The translations under genes and the position numbers were made by a program. A stretch of 23,960 nt of DNA from an uncultured archaeon (lineage in GTDB: Archaea > Asgardarchaeota > Lokiarchaeia > Sigyniarchaeales > SOKP01). The notes beneath the pieces are model-generated. The model was not told where the DNA came from and did no database searches. It saw nothing but the letters and a program-made list of their open reading frames with translations. How positions within the stretch are numbered: the first letter of the stretch is position 1; every line of letters begins with the position of its first letter. Of this stretch, positions 8,923 through 17,950 are shown in pieces. The stretch spans positions 1-23,960 of the forward strand of contig CAZDTP010000056.1 in assembly GCA_964508365.1 (NCBI GenBank), read 5' to 3'.

Positions 8923-9831
8923 CTATTCTTCTTCCAGTCCGTATACTTGTCTTGGCGTAAGATATTGAGGATATTTATCGATTAGGGCTAGGCGCGCTTT
9001 ATAGCACATATGGCATTCATCTACATACGAATCTTCGTGCTCAATATCGTAATCTCTTACTAATTGAGCTGGACCTCCTCGAAGTAAAGGACCACATATC
9101 GGATGATTATCAGGTTTATAATTTCTTACTAATTCTGAAAGAGGCGTTTCCCAGAAGTTTCCTATACTTAAACCCTGACAGATTTGGGCGTTACCAAAAG
9201 GATCAACATGAACTCTCCCTAATCCCTTTAAATCTTCATATGGACATTCTTTTAATTCTTCCCATGTTGTCCGAGGTAGCCCTTCTATCAATGTTTCAAT
9301 AGCCCTACCTCTAAAAGTTACTCCGCCACCTATTACGGGCTTTCCCTTTTCATACTCGGATTCCGATCTCATTTCTACTTTTGGTTCATTGATACTGATT
9401 GAAGATGTAGGAATCTTTAATTTATTTGCTGCGTCTCTCGCTACTTTGGATGGGTTATCATCTTTATTTTCAAAATGAAATTCATCGTCACTTACTGTAA
9501 AATCCTTTACCCCTAAATCAGCAATGGATTTAAGCCACACTTCTGCATCCTCAGTACAAGTTGCCCAATATGAATTTGTTACAACACCCGTTTTAAATCC
9601 TTTTTTATTAGCAAGTTTAATCCCTTCAAGCATTATAGGATAAAACAGAAAGGGCTCTCCACCCTCAAAATATATCCATTCTACCGTGCCGATTTTGACA
9701 GCTTCGTCAAGAACAGCTCTAATTTGTTCCAAAGTAAAAGTACCTTCAGAATGAGGTCCACAATACAAAAAACAATGGTCACATTCGTAATTACATTTGT
9801 AAGTGAGGAGAAAGTGTATCCCATTTAACAT
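8923..9831 (-). CDS. Radical SAM protein, function unknown
   Basis: CNYECDHC (CxxxCxxC), GGEP and VTN motifs. Extra C-terminal cysteines (ECPY, QICQG, ECHMC) suggest an auxiliary Fe-S cluster. Confidence 0.9.
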   Translation of the reverse strand: MLNGIHFLLTYKCNYECDHCFLYCGPHSEGTFTLEQIRAVLDEAVKIGTVEWIYFEGGEPFLFYPIMLEGIKLANKKGFKTGVVTNSYWATCTEDAEVWLKSIADLGVKDFTVSDDEFHFENKDDNPSKVARDAANKLKIPTSSISINEPKVEMRSESEYEKGKPVIGGGVTFRGRAIETLIEGLPRTTWEELKECPYEDLKGLGRVHVDPFGNAQICQGLSIGNFWETPLSELVRNYKPDNHPICGPLLRGGPAQLVRDYDIEHEDSYVDECHMCYKARLALIDKYPQYLTPRQVYGLEEE

Positions 9832-9941
9832 GATAATTTCACATTAATGATTTTTATGAATAGATATGCAATTGCTTAAAATAAAATTAATTAATAAAAA
9901 TACATTAGATTCCTATAAAATTTCTTAAGAAGTGAAGAATT

Positions 9942-11288
9942 ATGGCAAACCCCGTAAGTATGTATGAAAAATATTTCAAAGACCCAAAACGAGAACCAGT
10001 ATTGATTGATTATGTCCGAACGCCAATAGGGAGAAGAAAAGGAACGGTAGGACGTCACAGAGGAGATGATTTAGTAGTACATTGCTACCAAACTATTGTA
10101 AACCGGAACGAATTCGATGTCAATATAATTGGCGATTCTATTGTTAGTTGTAACAGTCAAATCGGGGATTGTGCTTTAGACATTGGAAGAACCTCTGCAT
10201 TGGCAGCTCATCTGCCAGTAAGCATACCTGGAATGTCCATTAATCGTCAGTGTGCTAGTGGAGCTCAATCAGTTATGTCCGGTTGGCAAGCTATTGCCTC
10301 AGGGATAATTGATTGCGTTATCTGCGGTGGAACAGAAGTACAAAATCGATACCCTATTATGTCAGACGCAAATATTTTTGATAAAGAACAAAACAAAGTG
10401 GTAATGATAGCCCCCAATAAAAAAATCTTAAGTAATCCCGAAGTAGCTCAAAAATTAAAAGAATATAATACTTCTTTTGCAGGTCAGATTAATTCTGCTC
10501 ACGATCTTGGTCTACACTGGATGAACAAATCAGGAAAAACTCTGGAAGAATTTAGGTTAGAATTAGACAGTTTATCTTATGCTTCCCATCAAAAAGCTAT
10601 TAAAACTTGGGACGAGAGAGGAAAAGAAATCGAGCCTATTTGGTGCCCAAAGCTTGACGAGAGCGGAAAAACGATGTTAGACGAACATAATGAAGTAGCA
10701 AATGATTCGAGTTTATCAGTTCTCACTGAGAAGGACGAAGCTCCTCGTCCAAATTCTTCAATGGAGACTCTTGCGGGTTTAAGAACTATTATTGGAAGGA
10801 AAAGTAAAGCGTTTTTGACTGCAGGAAATAGTTGTCCAACTAGCGATGGTGCAGCAGTACAACTTTGGATGACACGTGAATTAGCTGAGGAATATGGTTT
10901 AAAAATTAGAGCTTCAATTGTGAACTATTTTGTTATTGGCACAGATCCTGTATTGCAACTAACTGGACCAATAAAAGCAATTCCAGAAGCGCTTAAAAGA
11001 GCAAATATGACATTTGACGACATGAGTTTTATTGAAATTAACGAAGCTTTCAGTCCCGTTATATTTGCTTGTTGTTATGAACTTGGTTTAGACTGGAAAG
11101 ATTCAAGGTTTAATCCTTGGGGAGGTGCGATTGCACTAGGTCATCCGACAGGGGCTACTGGAACAAGACTAATTGGTACAAATGTCCAACAATTGGAACA
11201 GTCCGGTAAAGAATTCGCCATTAGTTCAATGTGCGTTGGTTTAGGAATGGGAGCAGCAACAATCGTGAGAAACGAACATCCTAAATAA
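9942..11288 (+). CDS. Acetyl-CoA C-acyltransferase (classical thiolase)
   Basis: NRQCASG (nucleophilic Cys), INEAF, GHPTGATG and SMCVGLGMG: the full classical catalytic set. Confidence 0.95.
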   Translation: MANPVSMYEKYFKDPKREPVLIDYVRTPIGRRKGTVGRHRGDDLVVHCYQTIVNRNEFDVNIIGDSIVSCNSQIGDCALDIGRTSALAAHLPVSIPGMSINRQCASGAQSVMSGWQAIASGIIDCVICGGTEVQNRYPIMSDANIFDKEQNKVVMIAPNKKILSNPEVAQKLKEYNTSFAGQINSAHDLGLHWMNKSGKTLEEFRLELDSLSYASHQKAIKTWDERGKEIEPIWCPKLDESGKTMLDEHNEVANDSSLSVLTEKDEAPRPNSSMETLAGLRTIIGRKSKAFLTAGNSCPTSDGAAVQLWMTRELAEEYGLKIRASIVNYFVIGTDPVLQLTGPIKAIPEALKRANMTFDDMSFIEINEAFSPVIFACCYELGLDWKDSRFNPWGGAIALGHPTGATGTRLIGTNVQQLEQSGKEFAISSMCVGLGMGAATIVRNEHPK

Positions 11289-11302
11289 CAATAATTTCTG
11301 TA

Positions 11303-11325
11303 TTTTTTCTTTTTCTTCTTATTTT
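11303..11325 (+). terminator. Putative oligo-T terminator after the first thiolase
   Basis: Pyrimidine/T tract ttttttctttttcttcttatttt starting 15 nt after the stop codon. Inferred from position only. Confidence 0.4.
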
Positions 11326-11402
11326 CAAATATTAAACTTAATATTGTATTAAAGCCAAATATTACACAATTCATCTCAACTTTCTTAAAAATCTTAAGTA
11401 TC

Positions 11403-12632
11403 ATGAATAAAGTAGCAATAATAGGAGTTGGTCATACAAAATTTGGAAGATTGCCTGATAAGGGACTTCTAGATTTACTATCAGATGCTTCATTAAAAGC
11501 AATAGAAGATTCAAACACTAGTGATAAAGATTTTGATTCTGTTTATGTAGGAGCCATGAGTCCTACTGCTTTTAATAATATATCTGGAATAGCAAGCGCT
11601 TTAGTAGATCATATAAGTTTATTACCTGCTGCTGCTGATCATATAAAAAATGGTCCTGCCAGTGGAGGTTCTGCTATAAAAGCAGGATTTCAAGCGATTG
11701 CATCAGGAATGAGTGATTTAGTTTTGGTTGTAGGGGGGGAGAAAATGACTCATTTAACAGCTCCCGGACATATTACCTCAAATGTAGCAACATTAACACA
11801 CCCGGAAGCTGAAAGACGGCACGGTGTCTCACTTCCTTCATTTGCGGGATTACTAACGAGAGCATATCTGGAGAAATATGATGCAAAACTAGAATGGATT
11901 TCTGATATCGCAATTAAAAACCATAAGAACGGGGCTTTAAATCCAAATGCCCATTTTCAGAGAACTATTGATAGTTTTATGAAAAGCGCAATTAAAAAAG
12001 GAAAAGGAAATTGGGAGAATGCACACGAATTCCTTAATGACGATAAGATGAATCCCATAATTGCAGATCCACTGAGACTTTTTCATATTTGCCCTATTTC
12101 GGATGGTGCTGCTGCTTTAGTTTTATGTAATGCTGAAAAAGCGAAAGAATATTGTGATACACCTATATTAATTTCTGGTATTGGACAAGCAACAGATACT
12201 CAAATAGTATTTGAACGGGAGGAACTTACCATTCTAAAAGCATTGCGAATATGTTCTAATGAAGCTTATAAAATGGCTCATAAAACTCCAAAAGATATGG
12301 ATGTAGCCGAATTACATGATGCCTTCGAAATTCTTGAGGCAGTACAGAGCGAGGATATAGGCTTTTTTAAAAAAGGAGAAGGAGCAAAAGCGGCACATGA
12401 GGGCTTAACAGAAATAGGTGGAAAAATACCAATCAATCCTTCTGGAGGCTTAAAAGCCCGTGGTCATCCTTTAGGTGCTACAGGTGTTGCTCAAGTGGTA
12501 GAGTTAGTCTGGCAAATTAGAGGTGAAGCTGGTAAAAGACAAGTTGATGGTGCGGAAACTGGGATTACATGTAATTTTGGAGGATTTGGGAATAATATTA
12601 TATCGATTATAGTTGAAAGAGTGTTTCAATAG
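11403..12632 (+). CDS. SCP2/archaeal-type thiolase-fold protein lacking the nucleophilic Cys
   Basis: VAIIGVGHTKFG, GGEKM, CPISDGAAALV, ELHDAF, NPSGGLKARGHPLGATG. The usual CASG reads NGPASGG. Confidence 0.9.
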   Translation: MNKVAIIGVGHTKFGRLPDKGLLDLLSDASLKAIEDSNTSDKDFDSVYVGAMSPTAFNNISGIASALVDHISLLPAAADHIKNGPASGGSAIKAGFQAIASGMSDLVLVVGGEKMTHLTAPGHITSNVATLTHPEAERRHGVSLPSFAGLLTRAYLEKYDAKLEWISDIAIKNHKNGALNPNAHFQRTIDSFMKSAIKKGKGNWENAHEFLNDDKMNPIIADPLRLFHICPISDGAAALVLCNAEKAKEYCDTPILISGIGQATDTQIVFEREELTILKALRICSNEAYKMAHKTPKDMDVAELHDAFEILEAVQSEDIGFFKKGEGAKAAHEGLTEIGGKIPINPSGGLKARGHPLGATGVAQVVELVWQIRGEAGKRQVDGAETGITCNFGGFGNNIISIIVERVFQ

Positions 12633-12765
12633 CTACGCAATTGACGACTATTGTAATCCAAAAATGAAAATTTTAGATGGAGCTTAAATTTACTTGTTTT
12701 AATTCATTTTAAAGAGAAGAAATTTAAAGAGCAAACGTTTTATTTTCTTGAATTGCCTTATGCGA

Positions 12766-14043
12766 TTAGATCCATTCTAGTATGGACGAACATCCAAGAC
12801 CAGTTTTATCTTCAATTCTGCCATGAACAATAAATGTATCGCCTTCATATCCGCACTCAGGACATTTATTTTTTGATATTATTTCTACTAAATCATCAAC
12901 AATTACAGCATGATTCACAGACGCGGATACCCCGAATGGGGTAATAACTTCCAGAATACCTCTATCACCCGCTTGTTTTAATGGATCTTGAGTAGCTAAA
13001 TCTCTAACTATTATTCTTGCTTGAGATGGGCAATGGAATATAAAATCTTGATGCTTATCTGACCAATGACTACCAAAAGTTATCGGTGTTTCAGTAAAAC
13101 CAAACATATCCGTGATTCTATCAGGTTTAGTGCCAAATTTTTCCACACAGTCAGAAACAAATTTTACTTTATCTATAGGAGGATACTTCAATTGAGATTT
13201 ATGTCCATTCCATCCACCACCACCAAAATTGACAACGCTTTCAGGTATGTCGAATTTAAGATTGTTTTCTTTCATGATTTTATTCATAAAAGTATTCAAT
13301 AAATGAATGCTTCCTCCAAATGAAATATATTTTTGTTTATTCACGGGTTTTTCTGAATTTTGTTTTACTTTTTTAATGACATATTTTGAATTAATTCCAA
13401 AAGCACCAGCTAAACCTCGCTTTTTTATCATTGCCTTAAGCGCTTTAAGTGGAAAGAATTTAATTAAGAATTTCGGATTCGACATTCTTGTTGATATTTC
13501 GTGCAAAATACTTCCATATAATTTAATGGGTCTAACTTTTGTATATCTCATAGCAATCCTATTTAAGAAAGTTACGCTTGGTGCGAAATCAAATGAGATA
13601 GTATTAAACCAATCATCTTTTGGAATTGGAATAAATTCATAAATACATTTGATAGTCATACTCGCTAATAATTCTATATCCTCTTTTGAACGCCCAACTA
13701 AGGATGGATCTCCCGATGTGCAAGAAGAAACATTCCATAGCTCAAACTCAGGAGATTTTAAAGGAATTTTTAAAAGTTTTTCATACATACTCATTGATTC
13801 TTTAAAAAGGGGAGCAGGTACGCGAGGAATTAATGCTAAATCGTCAAATTTATCCAAATCATCTAAATTGAAATTCTCCTTATTAGCGAGTTCTTTATAA
13901 AAGGGATTAGATTCAATTGCTTCCTTAGTAATATTTCGCATTAAATTTATGAAATCGTCATTTTTATATTCTGAATTAATAATTTCTCGTATTCTATCAT
14001 CATAGACAAGTTTATTTGTTATCAAATTATTGACCACCATCAT
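12766..14043 (-). CDS. LuxE-like acyl-protein synthetase (ANL adenylate-forming superfamily)
   Basis: P-loop-like SSCTSGDPS, GGGGWNG, DMFGFTE, GILEVITP, VIVDDL and C-terminal GRIEDKTGLGCS with the LuxE-type terminal Cys. Confidence 0.8.
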   Translation of the reverse strand: MMVVNNLITNKLVYDDRIREIINSEYKNDDFINLMRNITKEAIESNPFYKELANKENFNLDDLDKFDDLALIPRVPAPLFKESMSMYEKLLKIPLKSPEFELWNVSSCTSGDPSLVGRSKEDIELLASMTIKCIYEFIPIPKDDWFNTISFDFAPSVTFLNRIAMRYTKVRPIKLYGSILHEISTRMSNPKFLIKFFPLKALKAMIKKRGLAGAFGINSKYVIKKVKQNSEKPVNKQKYISFGGSIHLLNTFMNKIMKENNLKFDIPESVVNFGGGGWNGHKSQLKYPPIDKVKFVSDCVEKFGTKPDRITDMFGFTETPITFGSHWSDKHQDFIFHCPSQARIIVRDLATQDPLKQAGDRGILEVITPFGVSASVNHAVIVDDLVEIISKNKCPECGYEGDTFIVHGRIEDKTGLGCSSILEWI

Positions 14044-14316
14044 ATTTTACATATTTTTAACACTAAATATAATAATATTAAAAAATTTTTAATTTTACTA
14101 TTCTTAACTTGTATTCTTGTAAAAAGAAAATAATTTTTATTATTTTATTAATGAAAAATTACTTACTGCATGTAAATTAAATTTTTTTGCTGAAAGCAAT
14201 AAATAATTATCTTTTATTATTCTTTTTTGGTAATTTTAGGGGGTCTGGAAACAAAATACTATCCGTTTAGTTGAAAAAATATAAAAATATTAGTAGAAGA
14301 CGAAAGGTCTAATAAA

Positions 14317-14520
14317 TTATTCTTTTTTTTTGCGTCTTTCTTCTATTTTTTTTATAACCTCATGAGCAGCTCTTTCTTGTATGTCATCTTTTTCTTTCCA
14401 GAAGTTTGGATTTTCCATATTTGCTTTCATATTTTCAACCATGATTTTGGCAATTTCCTCAGCTGTATGCTCTTTTTTAGTAGCTTCTTTGCTCTCTTCC
14501 TCTTTTTCGATAAATAACAC
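14317..14520 (-). CDS. Small, highly charged hypothetical protein (start uncertain)
   Basis: 67-aa Glu/Lys-rich ORF with a GTG start. An ATG at 14545 lies one base out of frame. Confidence 0.5.
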   Translation of the reverse strand: MLFIEKEEESKEATKKEHTAEEIAKIMVENMKANMENPNFWKEKDDIQERAAHEVIKKIEERRKKKE

Positions 14521-14603
14521 CCTTATTTTCTATTTCTTTACTCATTTAATATCTTTAATAACATGCAATTCATGATATCATAAAAACTATAATATTTTGT
14601 AAA

Positions 14604-16517
14604 TCAAGCTTCGCTTTCTAACTCTTCTATTTCTGCTTTAAAAAGGTTCGCAATCGTAAGCCAATTTTGTTTTGTTTGTAAATCTGCTTTACTCTTTTTA
14701 GCATATCTAATTCCCAATTCCAATTTTTCGATCGCTAACTTAAACTTACCAAGTTCTTTATAGCATATTCCTAATTTGATGTGCGTTTGGAATGTATACC
14801 ATTCGTCTGAGCTTATTTCAATTGCTTTAAGAAACTCATTTTTGGCGCTTTCATAATCTTGGAAGGACATTAATATTTCACCATATGTATCGTGATAAAT
14901 GCTGTTATCAGGGTCTTGTTCGATTAGATCTTGAATAATTTCTACTGCTTCTTCTTTTCGATTTAAATATTGTAGCCAGTAAGCTTTGTAAATTAGAAGT
15001 TTTGTATCTTCCGAGTATTTTTCGAGCAAATCATCAATAATTTCAAGCCCTCCCTCTAAATTTCTTTTCTCTTTAAGGATATATGCGACCTTAATCTTGA
15101 TATCCTTCTCTTCAACAGGGAATTTTTCGAGCATTTCATCTAATAATATAAGTAGTTCATCGTATTTGTTAAAATAAATTAGTACGCGCTCTTTGGCAAC
15201 ATATAGGTCAAAATGGTCAGAATTTAAGCTAAGGGCTTTATTTACTTTTTTGAGGTTCTCGTCGTAATTTGTGAATTCTTGAACTATTTCTTTATTCAAA
15301 CTATAGGTTTGTACTACATGCCATATTAAACCCTTTAACTTGTCATAAGTGTCAATTAACTTTTTCTCTTTTTCAACTTTGTAAGCTAAGTAAGCAATAT
15401 AGCTTGGTAATAATTTCTTTAAAGAATAACGCAGGCCTTCATGAAAAAGAGAACCGCAAACTTCGTCTAATATCGCATCTATTGTGGATTCTAAAGTTGT
15501 TAAGTAGGTCTTTTCTTTATCTTCTTCGTATAATTTATTTAAATATGTAAATTTTGTTATATGTTCTTCGACTACAGCGTTCAACATTCTTTCAAGCTTC
15601 TCATTAGCTTGGAAGAAATATATCTCATCAGCATCTCCCTCTAATTTGAAGAATTTAATAGGATATATCTTTTTCTCAATAATTTGTAGAACATGAAACT
15701 CTAAAACTACCAATTCCAACCCATATTTTTTAGCAAATTCTTCAGTCGAAATAAAGTCTGGATATTGTGATGGATGATTGAGGGATAAATATAGAAGTAT
15801 TTTAAAGAAATCGTCTTCACTTTCTAAAGATTGCTTGATTCTTTCGTGGGGTAACCTCAAAAGGTTATTGAGAAATCGAAATCTAGTTTCATCTTCAACT
15901 ATTCTATACTTTGTGAAGAATTTTAGTGTTTTCTTAGTAATTTCTTTGATTCGATTACTCTCTTCTTCCAAAATCGATTGACGGTCTAAATCATAATCTC
16001 TCAGCATTACGGAATATTCGGCTTTACCCAATTGAGTAATCCTATACTCCTTATTTTCTTTCTTGACAAATCCGTCTTCAATTAAAGAATTCATATTTTT
16101 GGATAAAGAAGAATTATTAACTGAAAGAGGCTCATTTAGAAAATCTGCCCATTTACAGAAAGTATTATTGTACACCATCCATAATATCCAATGATCGTAA
16201 TTTCTTTTCCATAAAATTACTTTTGGTGGGTAATTTAGTTTCTTTTTTTGTCTCGCCGCTTGTGATAGGTCATAAAATCTGTCTCGCCCTTTTGTTGTTA
16301 TTGTATATTGATTAAATTCTCTCTTTTCAATTAACTCTGTTAATAAAAGTTTTTTCAGATAAATTGATAATGTTGACGGTTTGATCAAATCTTTTAAATT
16401 AGACCATGTACATATTTCGTTGTTATTGAGCATCCATAGTATTACCAATTCAAAGTTAATTCTACCAAAGATAGGCTCTATAACCTCTTTAGGTGGGTAA
16501 TTAATTGGAGTAGACAT
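14604..16517 (-). CDS. Tandem winged-helix plus C-terminal TPR protein
   Basis: Two similar N-terminal units ((I/L)NYPPK..ILWM..NN..C.W...S.LS.....L....L/F.K....Y.IT..G) resembling wHTH domains, and C-terminal TPR-like helices (YHDTYGEILMSFQDYESAKNEFLKAIE, LGICYKELGKFKLAIEKL). Confidence 0.75.
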   Translation of the reverse strand: MSTPINYPPKEVIEPIFGRINFELVILWMLNNNEICTWSNLKDLIKPSTLSIYLKKLLLTELIEKREFNQYTITTKGRDRFYDLSQAARQKKKLNYPPKVILWKRNYDHWILWMVYNNTFCKWADFLNEPLSVNNSSLSKNMNSLIEDGFVKKENKEYRITQLGKAEYSVMLRDYDLDRQSILEEESNRIKEITKKTLKFFTKYRIVEDETRFRFLNNLLRLPHERIKQSLESEDDFFKILLYLSLNHPSQYPDFISTEEFAKKYGLELVVLEFHVLQIIEKKIYPIKFFKLEGDADEIYFFQANEKLERMLNAVVEEHITKFTYLNKLYEEDKEKTYLTTLESTIDAILDEVCGSLFHEGLRYSLKKLLPSYIAYLAYKVEKEKKLIDTYDKLKGLIWHVVQTYSLNKEIVQEFTNYDENLKKVNKALSLNSDHFDLYVAKERVLIYFNKYDELLILLDEMLEKFPVEEKDIKIKVAYILKEKRNLEGGLEIIDDLLEKYSEDTKLLIYKAYWLQYLNRKEEAVEIIQDLIEQDPDNSIYHDTYGEILMSFQDYESAKNEFLKAIEISSDEWYTFQTHIKLGICYKELGKFKLAIEKLELGIRYAKKSKADLQTKQNWLTIANLFKAEIEELESEA

Positions 16518-16767
16518 ATCTTGGGATCATCTGGTTAATAAACCTTTTTAGATTCAATATATATAAAGTGTAACTAGTCTATTTATACATTTTGGTCTAA
16601 AAGAAATATGGAACTCCAATTATAATTATGTATTATAAACATTCCATAAACTTTATCCCCCGTTAATATAAAAAAACGTGTAAATAGATTTATTACTAAA
16701 GCTTTAAATTAAAAAAAAACCCTAGCATTAATTGAGAAATATTTCATGTGAGTCTTGAAGGATATTA

Positions 16768-17319
16768 ATGAGTGAAAAAAACAAAAAATTTCGATTTAAA
16801 ATAACAGTTATTGGAGATGGCGCAGTAGGTAAGACATCTCTAATTCAAAAGTTCACAAACGGTGCCTTCATAGAAGATTACATTAAAACGATCGGCGCTC
16901 AATTTTCTATATTTGATAAAAAAATTGATAAAGACAAAATAAAGTTATTATTCTGGGATATCGCTGGTCAAGATGATTTTTATTTTCTAAGACCCTCATT
17001 TTTTAAAAACAGTGTTGCTGCAATAATTGTGTATAGCCTTGAAGAAAATAAACTTGGTGAAGAAAGTTTTAAACACATTCATAATTGGGCTAACGATATT
17101 AAAGAATACTGTGGTGATATTCCAGTGGTAATTTTTGGAAATAAAGTGGATTTGATAGATGAGAAAAAGTTAGATACTTCGGCAATCGAAAAAATTGTTG
17201 AAGAAGAGAACTACTTTGGATACTTCACTACTTCAGCAAAAACGGGAAAAAGAGTAATTGATGCATTTAATGCGATTATTGATGAGCTTTACATTAAATT
17301 TAAAGCCATACCCGTTTAA
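16768..17319 (+). CDS. Rab-like small GTPase (Ras superfamily)
   Basis: G1 GDGAVGKT, G2 YIKTIG, G3 WDIAGQ, G4 NKVD, G5 SAK. No C-terminal cysteine. Confidence 0.95.
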   Translation: MSEKNKKFRFKITVIGDGAVGKTSLIQKFTNGAFIEDYIKTIGAQFSIFDKKIDKDKIKLLFWDIAGQDDFYFLRPSFFKNSVAAIIVYSLEENKLGEESFKHIHNWANDIKEYCGDIPVVIFGNKVDLIDEKKLDTSAIEKIVEEENYFGYFTTSAKTGKRVIDAFNAIIDELYIKFKAIPV

Positions 17320-17629
17320 AATAACTTTATTATTAAAATTCATTGATTATTTTTCTAAGTAATCAGGAACGAAATCAAAAAATTCTTCTACTAATGTAGT
17401 TTACTTTACGGATGATCGATTCAAACGAATTATTTAAAACCACTAGTACACATGTAAGAAACCAAATTTATGATTTTTACTAGATTAATTTTAAAGGCTT
17501 TGAGTAGTCAGGTTCTATTATTAAACCTAAAGATAGTTTAAGACTTGTCCAAGACTCTAATCAAAATTTAATGACCTAAACTAAATATGAACTGTAATTT
17601 ATATCATATTAACGAACACGGAAAAAATA

Positions 17630-17950
17630 AGTGTGTAAATTATGAATGCTCTATGTGTTGAAAATGAAGTAGCCACTATATGGCTACCACTTCAAAGGGC
17701 GGGGTTAATAAGGGATGAGGGCGAAGTTAACCCTATTAATTTTACAAGCTTGTTTTTTTCTGTTCGTGCCAAATAATATGGAATTGAATAGGAAAGTAAA
17801 TTATAAATGCCCTAAGGGTTGAAAATAGGAGTTCTTTATTTGAGCCCACTACCAAGGGCGGGGTTATTGGGGTAAGAGGGCGGAGTTAACCTAAAGAACT
17901 TGCTTTCATATTCTTTTCTATTCATCCAAAAATATTAATATCTCTTCAAA
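17630..17950. repeat. Diverged ~160-bp tandem duplication with a conserved 46-nt G-rich core
   Basis: Cores 17687-17732 and 17846-17891 match at 38 of 46 positions without gaps. Upstream anchors gtaaattat (17635/17796) and gttgaaaat (17657/17818) recur at an offset of 161. Confidence 0.85.

Noticed and set aside
14235-14255. gggggtctggaaac resembling a transposon terminal repeat
   Set aside because: No matching inverted partner, target duplication or transposase was found in the window.
7556-15981. Short ORFs 7556-7798, 11141-11404, 13066-13302, 13307-13642, 13649-13900, 14381-14575 and 15778-15981
   Set aside because: Each lies wholly or largely antisense to a better-supported CDS, with residue composition typical of reverse-strand translation.
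37-17617. Identical 12-mer atattaacgaac at 37-48 and 17606-17617
   Set aside because: Several 12-mer matches are expected by chance in 24 kb of AT-rich DNA, and the flanks do not extend the match.
17630-17950. CRISPR array interpretation of the intergenic repeat
   Set aside because: Only two diverged units, homology continues through the would-be spacer, and there are no cas genes.
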